A stretch of 64,000 nt of DNA. Origin: Actinomycetota bacterium (GTDB taxonomy: Bacteria > Actinomycetota > Actinomycetes > S36-B12). The position numbers and the translations under genes are program-made. The notes beneath the pieces are model-generated. The model had not been told where the DNA came from. It did not search any database and saw nothing but the letters and a program-made list of their open reading frames with translations. Of the stretch, positions 30,266 through 39,021 are shown one piece after another (the first letter of the stretch is position 1; each line of letters begins with the position of its first letter). Location of the stretch: positions 11,813 to 75,812 of the forward strand of contig JAPOKX010000001.1 in NCBI GenBank assembly GCA_029977425.1. Reading direction: 5' to 3'.

Positions 30266-30793
30266 ATGTCAGATCACGGCCGGGATACCTCCCCCCATCT
30301 GGCCGTGCTCGACATCGACGGCGTGCTCGCGGATGTGCGCCACCGCCTGCATCACATCGCCGGTCCCCGGCGTGACTGGGAGGCGTTCTTCGACGGGGTC
30401 TCGGCGGATCCCGTCCTGGACGAGGGTCGTGCCGAGGCCCTGGCCGCGGCCACGGCGGGACTCGGGATCGTCTATCTCACCGGGCGCCCCGAGCGCTGTC
30501 GGGCGGACACGGTCCAATGGCTGACCGCTCACGGACTGCCCGAGGGCGAGCTCGTGATGCGGCGGGATGCCGATCGTCGCCCGGCACGGGTCGTCAAGGT
30601 CGAGGCGCTGCGTCGCCTCTCCGAGACCCGGGAGGTCGCCTACCTGCTCGACGACGATCCGGAGGTCCTCGCCGCGGCCGCGTCCGCGGGATACCGCGTG
30701 CGGGCGGCGGAATGGCTCCCCCGAGGCGACGCCGGAGGCGAGACGGGCGGCGATGCCTTGCGGGAGGCGCAGGAGACGCTGGGCCGTTCCTAG
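30266..30793 (+). CDS. Small HAD-like phosphatase (polynucleotide-kinase-3'-phosphatase-like fold), function unknown
   Basis: 175 aa. Carries the VLDIDGVLAD nucleophile motif, YLTGRPE and LLDDDPEV. Confidence 0.5.
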   Translation: MSDHGRDTSPHLAVLDIDGVLADVRHRLHHIAGPRRDWEAFFDGVSADPVLDEGRAEALAAATAGLGIVYLTGRPERCRADTVQWLTAHGLPEGELVMRRDADRRPARVVKVEALRRLSETREVAYLLDDDPEVLAAAASAGYRVRAAEWLPRGDAGGETGGDALREAQETLGRS

Positions 30794-30817
30794 TCCTGCG
30801 GGACGCTCGGGTGCGGG

Positions 30818-32386
30818 CTAGTCATCGGCGGGGCGTCGCGCGCGCAGAGCACTCACCTGCAGGTCGAGTTCGTGGAGTGCGGGCCGGATGACCGCGTCGG
30901 GGGTGCCGCTCTCGCGCAGGCGCAGGAGCTCGTCCTGCTGGGCCCGCAGCACGGCCATTTCCAGGCGGTAGGCGTCGGCGAGCTGACCCGTGTGCGCCGA
31001 GGCCCCGCTGGCTGTTTCCAATTCCGCCAGCAGGCGCTGTCGGATGGCCTCCTCCGCACCCTGTGGCAGGGACTCGCGTGCCCCCGCGGCATCCCGCACG
31101 GCCTCGTCGAGGGCGTCTAGTCCGCGCGTCGCCACCGCCACGCGCACCTCACGCCGATCGTCGTCGAGGTCGAGCGGCTCGAGGCGCACCGCCCTCGCGA
31201 CGAGTCCCAGCGTCGGCGACAGGGCCAGCGTGATGCCGATGACGACGAACGTCGTGGCCTGCAGGAGCAAGCCGTCGTCTGCCGCGGCCTCCACTCCGAC
31301 TCCGAGAGGCAGGGAGAACGCGGCGAGTCCCGAGACGGGGCCCCGGGCGCCTGCCCAGGCGAGGACGATGGCCTCCCGCGGGCCGATATGCCCCTCTCCC
31401 CTGCCGGATACGAGGCTGTAGCCGACGACGAAGACCAGTCGACTGGCGACGAGGACGGCGACGACCGCGACGACGAGGACCGGAAGGATCCGCAGGTCTT
31501 CGGCGGGCAGTGCCAGGACGGTCTCCGGGAGCTCCAGTCCGACGAGGAAGAACGCCGCGGCCGAGAGGATCAACGTGATCTGTCGCCAGATGGCGACCGA
31601 CGAGCGGCGCCCCTCGAAGCGTCGGTGCGTGAGCATGGTGTTGGCGACGATGAGCGCGGTGGCGACGACCGCCAGGATGCCGGATCCGTCGACGGTCTCG
31701 GCGAGGTAGTACACGGGGATCGGCGCGATGAGGACGAAGGCGTTGACGACCGTCTGATCGGGGTCGCGCCGGATGAGCCAGGCGAGTGCCAGCCCAGCGG
31801 CGACACCGACGATCAGGCCTCCGACGACGGACTGGAGCAGGATCCAGGCGATCTCGCCCCCGGACACCGTGCCCGTTGCGGCCGCGGCGAGGGCCACGCG
31901 CAGGAGCGTGAGTCCGGTCCCGTCGTTGACCAGGCTCTCGCCCTCGAGGATCGTGACGACGCGGCGTGGCAGCGCCACGCGTCGGGCAATCGCTGCAACG
32001 GCCACGGCGTCGGTCGGCGACAGGATGGCTCCGAGGGCGAAGGCCAGCGACAGCGGGATGCCCGGTACCAGGGTGGACGCGACAGCCCCGACGGCCAGCG
32101 ACGTGACCAGGACCAGGCCGACAGCCAAGGCGAAGATCGGCCGACGGAACCGCCGGAAGTCGACGTACGACGTCGACAGCGCCTCACCGAACACCAGCGG
32201 CGCGAGGATGAGGAGGAAGACCTCCCCCGCGTCGTCCGGTGCCGACGGTCCGAAGGGCAGCAGGCCGAAGGCGATGCCCGCCACGAGGACAGGGATCGCG
32301 ATCCCCCAGCCGCGCCATCGAGCGAACGCCGCAACGCCCAGGGCAACGAGAAGGCCCGCGAGGAGCCCTTCCGACAGGTCGACCAC
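30818..32386 (-). CDS. Na+/H+ antiporter (CPA1/NhaP type)
   Basis: 522 aa. It has about 11 TM segments, including LSPTDAVAV and ESLVNDG motifs, and a cytoplasmic helical C-tail. Confidence 0.85.
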   Translation of the reverse strand: MVDLSEGLLAGLLVALGVAAFARWRGWGIAIPVLVAGIAFGLLPFGPSAPDDAGEVFLLILAPLVFGEALSTSYVDFRRFRRPIFALAVGLVLVTSLAVGAVASTLVPGIPLSLAFALGAILSPTDAVAVAAIARRVALPRRVVTILEGESLVNDGTGLTLLRVALAAAATGTVSGGEIAWILLQSVVGGLIVGVAAGLALAWLIRRDPDQTVVNAFVLIAPIPVYYLAETVDGSGILAVVATALIVANTMLTHRRFEGRRSSVAIWRQITLILSAAAFFLVGLELPETVLALPAEDLRILPVLVVAVVAVLVASRLVFVVGYSLVSGRGEGHIGPREAIVLAWAGARGPVSGLAAFSLPLGVGVEAAADDGLLLQATTFVVIGITLALSPTLGLVARAVRLEPLDLDDDRREVRVAVATRGLDALDEAVRDAAGARESLPQGAEEAIRQRLLAELETASGASAHTGQLADAYRLEMAVLRAQQDELLRLRESGTPDAVIRPALHELDLQVSALRARRPADD

Positions 32387-32423
32387 GCCCGCAGGCTAGC
32401 GGCCCCGGACGAGCGGCCTTCGG

Positions 32424-35294
32424 CTACGACGTCGCTGTTGCGAGCTCCCCCGGCGACGGGCACGAGCACACGAGGTTGCGATCGCCGTAGGCACCGTCGA
32501 TGCGCCGCACCGGCGGCCAGTACTTCGCCGCCGCCTGCACCCCGGGCGGATAGGCCGCCGTGCGCCGGTCGTAGGGGTGGTTCCACTCCTCCACCAGGCA
32601 CTCGGCCGTGTGCGGGGCGTGGTGAAGCGGATTGTCGTCCGCGGGCCACTCCCCCGACTCGACCTTGTCGATCTCCGCTCGGATCGCGAGCATCGCGTCG
32701 CAGAAGCGATCCAGCTCCGCCAGGCTCTCGCTCTCGGTCGGCTCCACCATGAGCGTGCCCGACACGGGAAACGACATCGTCGGCGCATGGAAGCCGTAGT
32801 CGATGAGTCGCTTGGCGACGTCGTCGACGCTCACGCCGCTGGACTTCGTCAGGGGCCGCAGGTCGAGGATGCACTCGTGCGCGACGCGGTCGTGGGAGCC
32901 GGTGTAGAGGATCGGGTACGCCTCGCCCAGGCGCGCGGCGATGTAGTTGGCCGAGAGGATCGCCACGCCCGTGGCACGCGTGATTCCCTCCGGGCCCATC
33001 ATGCGCAGGTAGGCGTACGGGATGGGCAAGATGCCGGCCGAGCCCCACGGCGCGCCGCTCACCGGACCGACGACGGGCACCTCGGGGCCGGCCTCGGGAC
33101 GCAGCGGATGCGACGGCAGGAAGGGGGCCAGGTGCGAGCGCACGCCGATCGGGCCGACTCCGGGCCCTCCCCCGCCGTGCGGGATGCAGAAGGTCTTGTG
33201 GAGATTGAGATGCGAGACATCCGAGCCGAAGCGCCCGGGCTTGGCGAGGCCGACGAGCGCGTTGAGGTTGGCGCCGTCGACGTAGACTTGGCCCCCGGCA
33301 TCGTGCACCATCGCGCAGATGTCGCCGACGGCCTGCTCGAAGACCCCGTGCGTGGACGGGTAGGTGATCATCAGCGCGGCGAGGTGATCCCCATGCTCGG
33401 CGATCTTGGCCTTGAGGTCATCCACGTCGACGTTGCCCTGCTCGTCGCAGCCGATGACGACCACGCGCATGCCTGCCATGACCGCGCTCGCCGCATTGGT
33501 CCCGTGGGCACTGCTGGGGATCAGGCAGACATCACGGTGGTCGTCCCCTCGTGACTGGTGGTACGCCCGGATCGCCAGAAGGCCGGCGAACTCGCCCTGG
33601 CTGCCGGCATTGGGCTGCAGGCTGACGGCGTCGTAGCCGGTCACCTCGCAGAGCATGCGCTCGAGCCCGCGGATCATGGCGACGTAGCCCTCGGCCTGCT
33701 CGAGCGGAGCGAACGGATGGATCCCCGCGAAGCCCGGCCACGTGATGGGCTCCATCTCCGTGGTGGCATTGAGCTTCATCGTGCACGACCCGAGGGGGAT
33801 CATGGTGCGGTCGAGCGCCAGGTCGCGGTCCGACAGGCGCCGCAGGTAGCGCAGCATCTCCGTCTCGCTGCGGTAGTCGTGGAAGATCGGGTGGGCGAGG
33901 TAGGGGGTGGTGCGTCGGAGGGCCTCGGGCAGGTCTGCGGTCGCCGGATCGGCAACCGCAGGAGCCAGGCGGGCTCCGAACGCCGCGACGACCCTCTCGA
34001 GGGCTCCGTCGTCCGTGGTCTCGTCGACGGTGAGGCCGACGGTGTCCGCATCGACGCGCCGGATGTTGACCCCCTGCGCGAGCGCCGCGGCGACGATCTC
34101 GTCGGCGCGCCCCGGGACGCGCACGCTCACGGTGTCGAAGAACACCGGGTCGATCACGGTGAATCCCGCGCTCTCGACGGACGCGGCGAGGCGCAGGGCG
34201 TGGCCGCGCACGCGTATCGCGATCTCGCGCAGCCCCTCGGGCCCGTGGTAGGCGGCGTACATCGCAGCGACGACCGCGAGGAGCACCTGCGCCGTGCAGA
34301 TGTTGCTCGTCGCGCGCTCCCGGCGGATGTGCTGCTCGCGTGTCTGCAGGGCCAGACGGTAGGCGGGGGTGCCCTCGGCGTCCACCGAGACTCCCACGAG
34401 GCGACCGGGTAGTGAGCGCTCCAGTCCCGCGCGCACGCTCATGAAGCCCGCGTGGGGTCCGCCGAAGCCCATGGGGACCCCGAAGCGCTGGGCCGAGCCG
34501 ATGCAGATGTCGGCGCCCATCTCCCCCGGAGGCGTGAGCAGGGTGAGGGCGAGGAGGTCCGTGGCCACCACGGTGCCGATCCCCCGCTCCTTGGCGGCTT
34601 CGACGATTCCGCGAATGTCGTCCACCTCGCCTGAGGATCCCGGGTAGGACACGAGGAGGCCGAAGACGTCGTCATCGATGGCGTCGACAAGGCCGCTGCG
34701 CGGGGCCGTGCGCACGTGAATGCCGAGCGGCTCGGCCCGGGTCTGCAGCACGGCGAGGGTCTGGGGGTGGGTGTCCTCATCCACGAGGAAGGACATGCCG
34801 TCGTGCGAGCGATGGAGCAGCCCCATCCCCTCGGCAGCGGCGGTGGGCTCGTCGAGCAGCGATGCCGGGGCGACGGGAAGTGCGGTGAGATCCTCGACCA
34901 CCGTCTGGAAGGCCAGGAGCGCCTCGAGCCGGCCCTGGCTGATCTCCGGCTGGTACGGCGTGTAGGCGGTGTACCAGGCAGGGCTCTCGATCACGTTGCG
35001 CCGGATGACAGGAGGCGTGACGCAGTCCTGGTAGCCCATGCCGATCATCGAGGTGAGCGGACGGTTGGCGGCCGCGAGCTCCGCCATCTCCGCTGCCATG
35101 CTCGGCTCGTCGAGCGGAGCATCGAGTGCCAGGCCATCACGCCACCTGATCGTCTCGGGCACGACGTCGTCGAGGAAGGCTTCCAGCGAGTCGTAGCCAA
35201 GGGTCTGCAGCATGTGCGCGACGTCGTGCTCACGCGGACCGATGTGGCGGAGGGCGAAGGGACCGAGCTGATCTGAACCGATCTGACCTGTCAT
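32424..35294 (-). CDS. gcvP: Glycine dehydrogenase (decarboxylating), single-chain P protein
   Basis: The start was trimmed to the ATG at 35294 ([20 protein letters not shown]), giving 956 aa. The PLP-Lys region is [16 protein letters not shown]. Confidence 0.95.
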   Translation of the reverse strand: MTGQIGSDQLGPFALRHIGPREHDVAHMLQTLGYDSLEAFLDDVVPETIRWRDGLALDAPLDEPSMAAEMAELAAANRPLTSMIGMGYQDCVTPPVIRRNVIESPAWYTAYTPYQPEISQGRLEALLAFQTVVEDLTALPVAPASLLDEPTAAAEGMGLLHRSHDGMSFLVDEDTHPQTLAVLQTRAEPLGIHVRTAPRSGLVDAIDDDVFGLLVSYPGSSGEVDDIRGIVEAAKERGIGTVVATDLLALTLLTPPGEMGADICIGSAQRFGVPMGFGGPHAGFMSVRAGLERSLPGRLVGVSVDAEGTPAYRLALQTREQHIRRERATSNICTAQVLLAVVAAMYAAYHGPEGLREIAIRVRGHALRLAASVESAGFTVIDPVFFDTVSVRVPGRADEIVAAALAQGVNIRRVDADTVGLTVDETTDDGALERVVAAFGARLAPAVADPATADLPEALRRTTPYLAHPIFHDYRSETEMLRYLRRLSDRDLALDRTMIPLGSCTMKLNATTEMEPITWPGFAGIHPFAPLEQAEGYVAMIRGLERMLCEVTGYDAVSLQPNAGSQGEFAGLLAIRAYHQSRGDDHRDVCLIPSSAHGTNAASAVMAGMRVVVIGCDEQGNVDVDDLKAKIAEHGDHLAALMITYPSTHGVFEQAVGDICAMVHDAGGQVYVDGANLNALVGLAKPGRFGSDVSHLNLHKTFCIPHGGGGPGVGPIGVRSHLAPFLPSHPLRPEAGPEVPVVGPVSGAPWGSAGILPIPYAYLRMMGPEGITRATGVAILSANYIAARLGEAYPILYTGSHDRVAHECILDLRPLTKSSGVSVDDVAKRLIDYGFHAPTMSFPVSGTLMVEPTESESLAELDRFCDAMLAIRAEIDKVESGEWPADDNPLHHAPHTAECLVEEWNHPYDRRTAAYPPGVQAAAKYWPPVRRIDGAYGDRNLVCSCPSPGELATATS

Positions 35295-35342
35295 GGCTGC
35301 TCCCGGGCACTTAACGGTCGGACGCACGGCGTGCGCCCCACC

Positions 35343-35540
35343 CCCTCTGGTCTCGCGGGCTACCGCGACCTGAGAGCTTCGTCGTCGCGCAATCTCGCAC
35401 GGACGACTTTCACCGTCGGTGGGGTGGCGAACCACCCTCTCTCCAGAGTTGCCTTCCCAGAGCGGTCCGTGTGCCTGAGAGTTTCCGGGGCGGTTGCTCC
35501 TTCGGCGCCCGGGTTGCCCCGGGTCTCTCCCGTTCTGGGT
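35343..35540 (-). promoter_or_regulatory. Tandem glycine riboswitch in the gcvP leader
   Basis: The minus-strand RNA contains two aptamers. Aptamer 1 reads ACGGGAGAG...CGCCGAAGGAGCAA...CTCTCAGGC. Aptamer 2 reads CTCTGGAGAG...CACCGACGGTGAAAG...CTCTCAGG...CCAGAG. These match the conserved glycine-riboswitch cores. Confidence 0.85.
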
Positions 35541-35583
35541 CGATCAGCAGCGTCAGAGTAGCGCACGCCGGCCCTCTGTGCGC

Positions 35584-36177
35584 TCAGCCAGCAGAACGTC
35601 GTGCCGCACGCCGGGCGGAGAGCTCGTCGTCGGTCCCCTGGAGGGGGGCCTCTCCACCCTCCGCAGGCTCGCCGGGCAGGGAGGCCAGCTGGCCTTCCAC
35701 CTCCTGCCACACCCGCCCCACGGCGATCCCGAAGACTCCCTGGCCACCCCGGACGAGATCGATGACCTCGTCTTCGCTGCGGCACTCGTAGATGGACGCC
35801 CCATCGCTCATGAGCGTGATGCGCGAGAGGTCGTCTCCCCCGCGCTGCTCCAGGTGGGCCACGGCAGTGCGGATGTTGGCCAGCGACACACCTGTGTCAA
35901 TGAGCCGCTTGACGATGCGCAGGACGAGGATGTCGCGGAAGGCGTAGAGGCGCTGGCTCCCGGAGCCATTGGCCGGGCGAATGCTGGGCTCCACCAGTCC
36001 GGTCCGCGCCCAGTAGTCGAGTTGGCGGTAGGTGATGCCCGCGGCAGCGCAGGCGATGGGACCGCGGTAGCCCAGGTGCATGGCCGCCGACTGCAGTGAC
36101 TCCTCGGGGAAGAGGGCGGGCTGGTCAACGGTCGCCGGGACCGGCACCGCGGGCAGTGATTCCTCGGTGAGGCGCAT
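35584..36177 (-). CDS. MerR-family transcriptional regulator (Rv1830-like)
   Basis: The start was trimmed to the ATG at 36177. The HTH reads IACAAAGITYRQLDYWARTGLVEPS...SQRLYAFRDILVLRIV. Confidence 0.8.
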   Translation of the reverse strand: MRLTEESLPAVPVPATVDQPALFPEESLQSAAMHLGYRGPIACAAAGITYRQLDYWARTGLVEPSIRPANGSGSQRLYAFRDILVLRIVKRLIDTGVSLANIRTAVAHLEQRGGDDLSRITLMSDGASIYECRSEDEVIDLVRGGQGVFGIAVGRVWQEVEGQLASLPGEPAEGGEAPLQGTDDELSARRAARRSAG

Positions 36178-36254
36178 TGTGGCTGTCCACCGCCCTCTCG
36201 GTCCGGGGCACGCCCGGGCTGTCGACTGAGCGCCCTCCAAGAGGGCGGGATGCC

Positions 36255-36283
36255 ACGTTAGGGCTCAGTGGCCACAGGGTCAA
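36255..36283 (-). promoter_or_regulatory. Candidate housekeeping-sigma promoter TTGACC-N17-TAACGT for the MerR gene
   Basis: On the minus strand the -35 TTGACC is at 36283-36278, followed by a 17-nt spacer and the -10 TAACGT at 36260-36255. It lies about 75 nt upstream of the ATG at 36177. Confidence 0.4.
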
Positions 36284-36338
36284 CGCGACCCGCCGTTGGC
36301 GGACGCGGCTGAATGCGTCGGGTCCGAATGCGTCCGGT

Positions 36339-36809
36339 CTAGGACTCGGCCCCGAAGTCCTCGGGGGTGACCTGGTCGAGGAACTCGCGGAAGCGCTCGA
36401 CCTCGTCCTCCTCCTCGTCGGGGATGACCACGCCCGCCTCGTCGAGGACGCCATCGTCCACGAGGATCGGGCTACCGGTCCGCAGCGCGACCGCAATGGC
36501 GTCGGAGGGCCGGGCGCTGACGACCGCGCCCTCTCCCAGGTCGAGTTCGGCGTAGAAGACGCCCTCCTCCAGGCGGGTGATCCTCACCTCTGCCAGGGTG
36601 CGTCCGACGGCGCCGACGACGTCCTTGAGGAGGTCATGCGTGAGTGGCCGTGGCGGCACCACGCCCTGCTGGACGTACGCGATCGACGTGGCCTCGGCGG
36701 CCCCGATCCAGATCGGCAGGTAGCGATCTCCCTCGACCTCGCGCAGCAGCACGATGGGCTGGTTCGAGGGCATCTCGACCCGCACGCCCATGACATCGAC
36801 CCGCTTCAT
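36339..36809 (-). CDS. Bifunctional nuclease (BFN/DUF151) family protein
   Basis: 156 aa. It reads MGVRVEMPSNQPIVLLREVEGDRYLPIWIGAAEATSIA...THDLL. ATGA overlap with the upstream MerR gene. Rv1829-like. Confidence 0.85.
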   Translation of the reverse strand: MKRVDVMGVRVEMPSNQPIVLLREVEGDRYLPIWIGAAEATSIAYVQQGVVPPRPLTHDLLKDVVGAVGRTLAEVRITRLEEGVFYAELDLGEGAVVSARPSDAIAVALRTGSPILVDDGVLDEAGVVIPDEEEDEVERFREFLDQVTPEDFGAES

Positions 36810-37444
36810 GATTCGAGAGTAGACGACCGCTGCCGGACCAGGGCGACGTGGAGGTCCAGCAGGAGGGCAAGGAGCTGTGCAGACAGCTCTCGCTCCTCCA
36901 TCGATGAGGCGCTCCCCCTTCGGGGAGCGAGTGCCTGCTGCACGAGGCCGATCTCCCGGTCAGCCGCGACGCGGAATGACCTGAGGTGCCGCGGCTCGAT
37001 GCCGTATTCGTGGAGTCGCGCGACGAGCCGGCACACGTCCACCGCACTGCTGTCCATTTCCGTGACCAGTCCGTGCGCGGTCAGTTCCTTCAGTGTGGAG
37101 GCATCCACGCCACCGCGCTGGGCGACCTCTGCGGGCGACATCCGTCGCGGACGCGGGGCGCGCAGCCGGGTCGCTTGGACAGTCCCGGGGCCATCCGACG
37201 CCGCATCCGGCTGTGCGAGACGCTCGGCGATGACCGATAGGGGCAGGAACTCATCGCGCTGGAGGCGCAGGATGCGACGCAGGCGATCCACATCCGCGTC
37301 GGCGTACCGCCGGCTCCCCCGCGCCGTGCGCATGGGTTCGATGAGGCCCTCGGCCTCGAGGTAGCGAACCTTCGATGCGGTGAGGTCGGGGAACTCCTCG
37401 GCGAGCTCCGAGACGACAGCCCCGATGGGGCGCATCGCGCTCAC
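36806..37444 (-). CDS. MerR-family transcriptional regulator (FtsR/Rv1828-like)
   Basis: 212 aa with a GTG start that overlaps the FHA gene stop (GTGA). The HTH reads IGAVVSELAEEFPDLTASKVRYLEAEGLIEP. Confidence 0.8.
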   Translation of the reverse strand: MSAMRPIGAVVSELAEEFPDLTASKVRYLEAEGLIEPMRTARGSRRYADADVDRLRRILRLQRDEFLPLSVIAERLAQPDAASDGPGTVQATRLRAPRPRRMSPAEVAQRGGVDASTLKELTAHGLVTEMDSSAVDVCRLVARLHEYGIEPRHLRSFRVAADREIGLVQQALAPRRGSASSMEERELSAQLLALLLDLHVALVRQRSSTLES

Positions 37445-37911
37445 GACGGCGACCCGGAGTCCCCTCCGACGAGGTAGGCAAAGCGGTACTTGCCGATCTG
37501 GACCTCATCGCCAGGCGAGAGCGCCGTCTCCTCGATGCGCTGACGATTCACGTAGGTGCCGTTGAGGCTGCCCACATCGCGCAGGAGCCAACCGGTGCCC
37601 AGGCGTCGCAGTTCGGCGTGCCGCCGGCTCACCGTGACGTCGTCGAGGAAGAGGTCGGAGTCCGGCTCCCGCCCCGCGGTCACGAGGTCCCCGACGAGCA
37701 GGTACGACGCTCCCCCGCCCATTCCGCGCTGGACCACGAGCACCGCCTCGCCTGGACCGAGGTCCGGAGCGACTCCTGAACCCACGGCCGGCAGGGATCC
37801 GCTCGAACCGGGGCCCGCCATGCCGACCGAGGTGACGTCATGGGCGACCGGCGTCCCGCATACCCGGCAGAAGCGATCGCTGGGATCAACGGGGTGGCCG
37901 CAGGCGGTCAT
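37441..37911 (-). CDS. FHA-domain protein at the GarA/OdhI position, with an N-terminal zinc-ribbon-like segment
   Basis: The start was trimmed to the ATG at 37911, giving 156 aa. The FHA core reads AGREPDSDLFLDDVTVSRRHAEL...VGSLNGTYVNRQRI...GDEVQIGKYRF. The N-terminus reads MTACGHPVDPSDRFCRVCG. Confidence 0.85.
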   Translation of the reverse strand: MTACGHPVDPSDRFCRVCGTPVAHDVTSVGMAGPGSSGSLPAVGSGVAPDLGPGEAVLVVQRGMGGGASYLLVGDLVTAGREPDSDLFLDDVTVSRRHAELRRLGTGWLLRDVGSLNGTYVNRQRIEETALSPGDEVQIGKYRFAYLVGGDSGSPS

Positions 37912-37918
37912 GCGCGCG

Positions 37919-38299
37919 TCACTCGCCGATGAGCGCGCGATAACCGGCAGCGTCGAGGGTGCCCTCAGGCTCGCCCGCGATGCGCACCTGCACCATCCAG
38001 CCATCTTCGTAGGGCTGCGCGTTGACCGTCTCGGGAGCGTCAGAGAGAAGCGCATTGACCGCCACGACCTCACCGGTGACGGGGGCGTAGATCTCGCTCA
38101 CGCTCTTAGTCGACTCCACCTCACCGCACGGCTGCCCGGCGGTGAGTGCCTGTCCCACCTTCGGAAGGTCGACGTAGACGATGTCGCCGAGGGAGTCCTG
38201 GGCATAGTCGGTGATGCCGAATCGGACGGTGCCGTCGCCGGCATCGGCGATCCACTCGTGCTCGGCCGTGAAGCGCAGGCCATCGGGTACGTGCGACAT
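37919..38299 (-). CDS. gcvH: Glycine cleavage system H protein
   Basis: 126 aa. Carries the lipoyl-lysine motif GEVESTKSVSEIYAPV. Confidence 0.95.
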   Translation of the reverse strand: MSHVPDGLRFTAEHEWIADAGDGTVRFGITDYAQDSLGDIVYVDLPKVGQALTAGQPCGEVESTKSVSEIYAPVTGEVVAVNALLSDAPETVNAQPYEDGWMVQVRIAGEPEGTLDAAGYRALIGE

Positions 38300-38418
38300 G
38301 TCATGCCCTTCGTCATGGTCGGGCCGGCCGGCGCGCTGGCCCAGCGCCGAACCTAGCCCCCGGACCGGGGCACATCAAGCACGGGGCCGTGAATGCACGC
38401 GCCACCGCTTCGCGGGGG

Positions 38419-39021
38419 TCATGCAGTGGCGCGTAGGACCCGCCGTGCCTGGTCGAGGTAGAGGAGCGCGGCGTACCAGTAGAGGGCCGTACCCCAGATG
38501 ACGAAGGCCCAGCCCAGCGCGCCGAGGACCTGCTCCCAGGTCGCCGACCCTGCGCCGACGAGGACGAAGGGGAAGCCCCAGTAGAGGGCGAAGGTGGAGG
38601 CCTTGCCGAGGTAGTGGACGGGAAGGGCGATGAGGCCTCGCTTGCGCAGGGCGGGCACGAGTGCCAGGAGCAGGATCTCGCGGCCAGCAAGGAGCGCGAC
38701 GAGCCACCACGGGACGAGGTCGCGCAGGGCAAGGCCGATGAGGGTCGCCGCGATGGTGAGGCGGTCCACGAGCGGGTCAAGCAGACGGCCCAGGCGCGTC
38801 ATCTGTCCCGTGCGCCGGGCGATGACCCCATCCGCCCAGTCGGTGATTCCCGAGACCGCCAGCACCGCGACCGCGACCAGGTCTGCCTGCACGCCGAGCA
38901 CCAGCCACAGGAAGACGGGGATGAGCGCGAGGCGAAGGAAGCTGAGGACGTTGGGGATCGTGAGCACCCGATCCTCGGGCGCGGTCACTGCGCCCGGCTC
39001 CTCCGGCCGACGACGAGCCAC
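38419..39021 (-). CDS. pgsA: CDP-alcohol phosphatidyltransferase (PgsA/cardiolipin-synthase type)
   Basis: Carries the motif DWADGVIARRTGQMTRLGRLLDPLVD (DGx2ARx8Gx3Dx3D). An alternative GTG start at 38988 forms a GTGA overlap with the upstream gene. Confidence 0.85.
   Translation of the reverse strand: MARRRPEEPGAVTAPEDRVLTIPNVLSFLRLALIPVFLWLVLGVQADLVAVAVLAVSGITDWADGVIARRTGQMTRLGRLLDPLVDRLTIAATLIGLALRDLVPWWLVALLAGREILLLALVPALRKRGLIALPVHYLGKASTFALYWGFPFVLVGAGSATWEQVLGALGWAFVIWGTALYWYAALLYLDQARRVLRATA

Noticed and set aside
31388-33048. Long Arg/Pro/Asp-rich ORFs (31388..32752 plus strand, 31813..33048 minus strand) over the antiporter/gcvP junction
   Set aside because: They are shadow frames of the antiporter and gcvP genes. 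Their extreme low-complexity composition is not protein-like.
36231-36247. A perfect 7-bp stem with a 3-nt loop (CGCCCTC-caa-GAGGGCG) as an intrinsic terminator
   Set aside because: No U-tract follows on either strand. It lies downstream of the putative promoter, inside the MerR leader. It is mentioned only as a possible leader structure.
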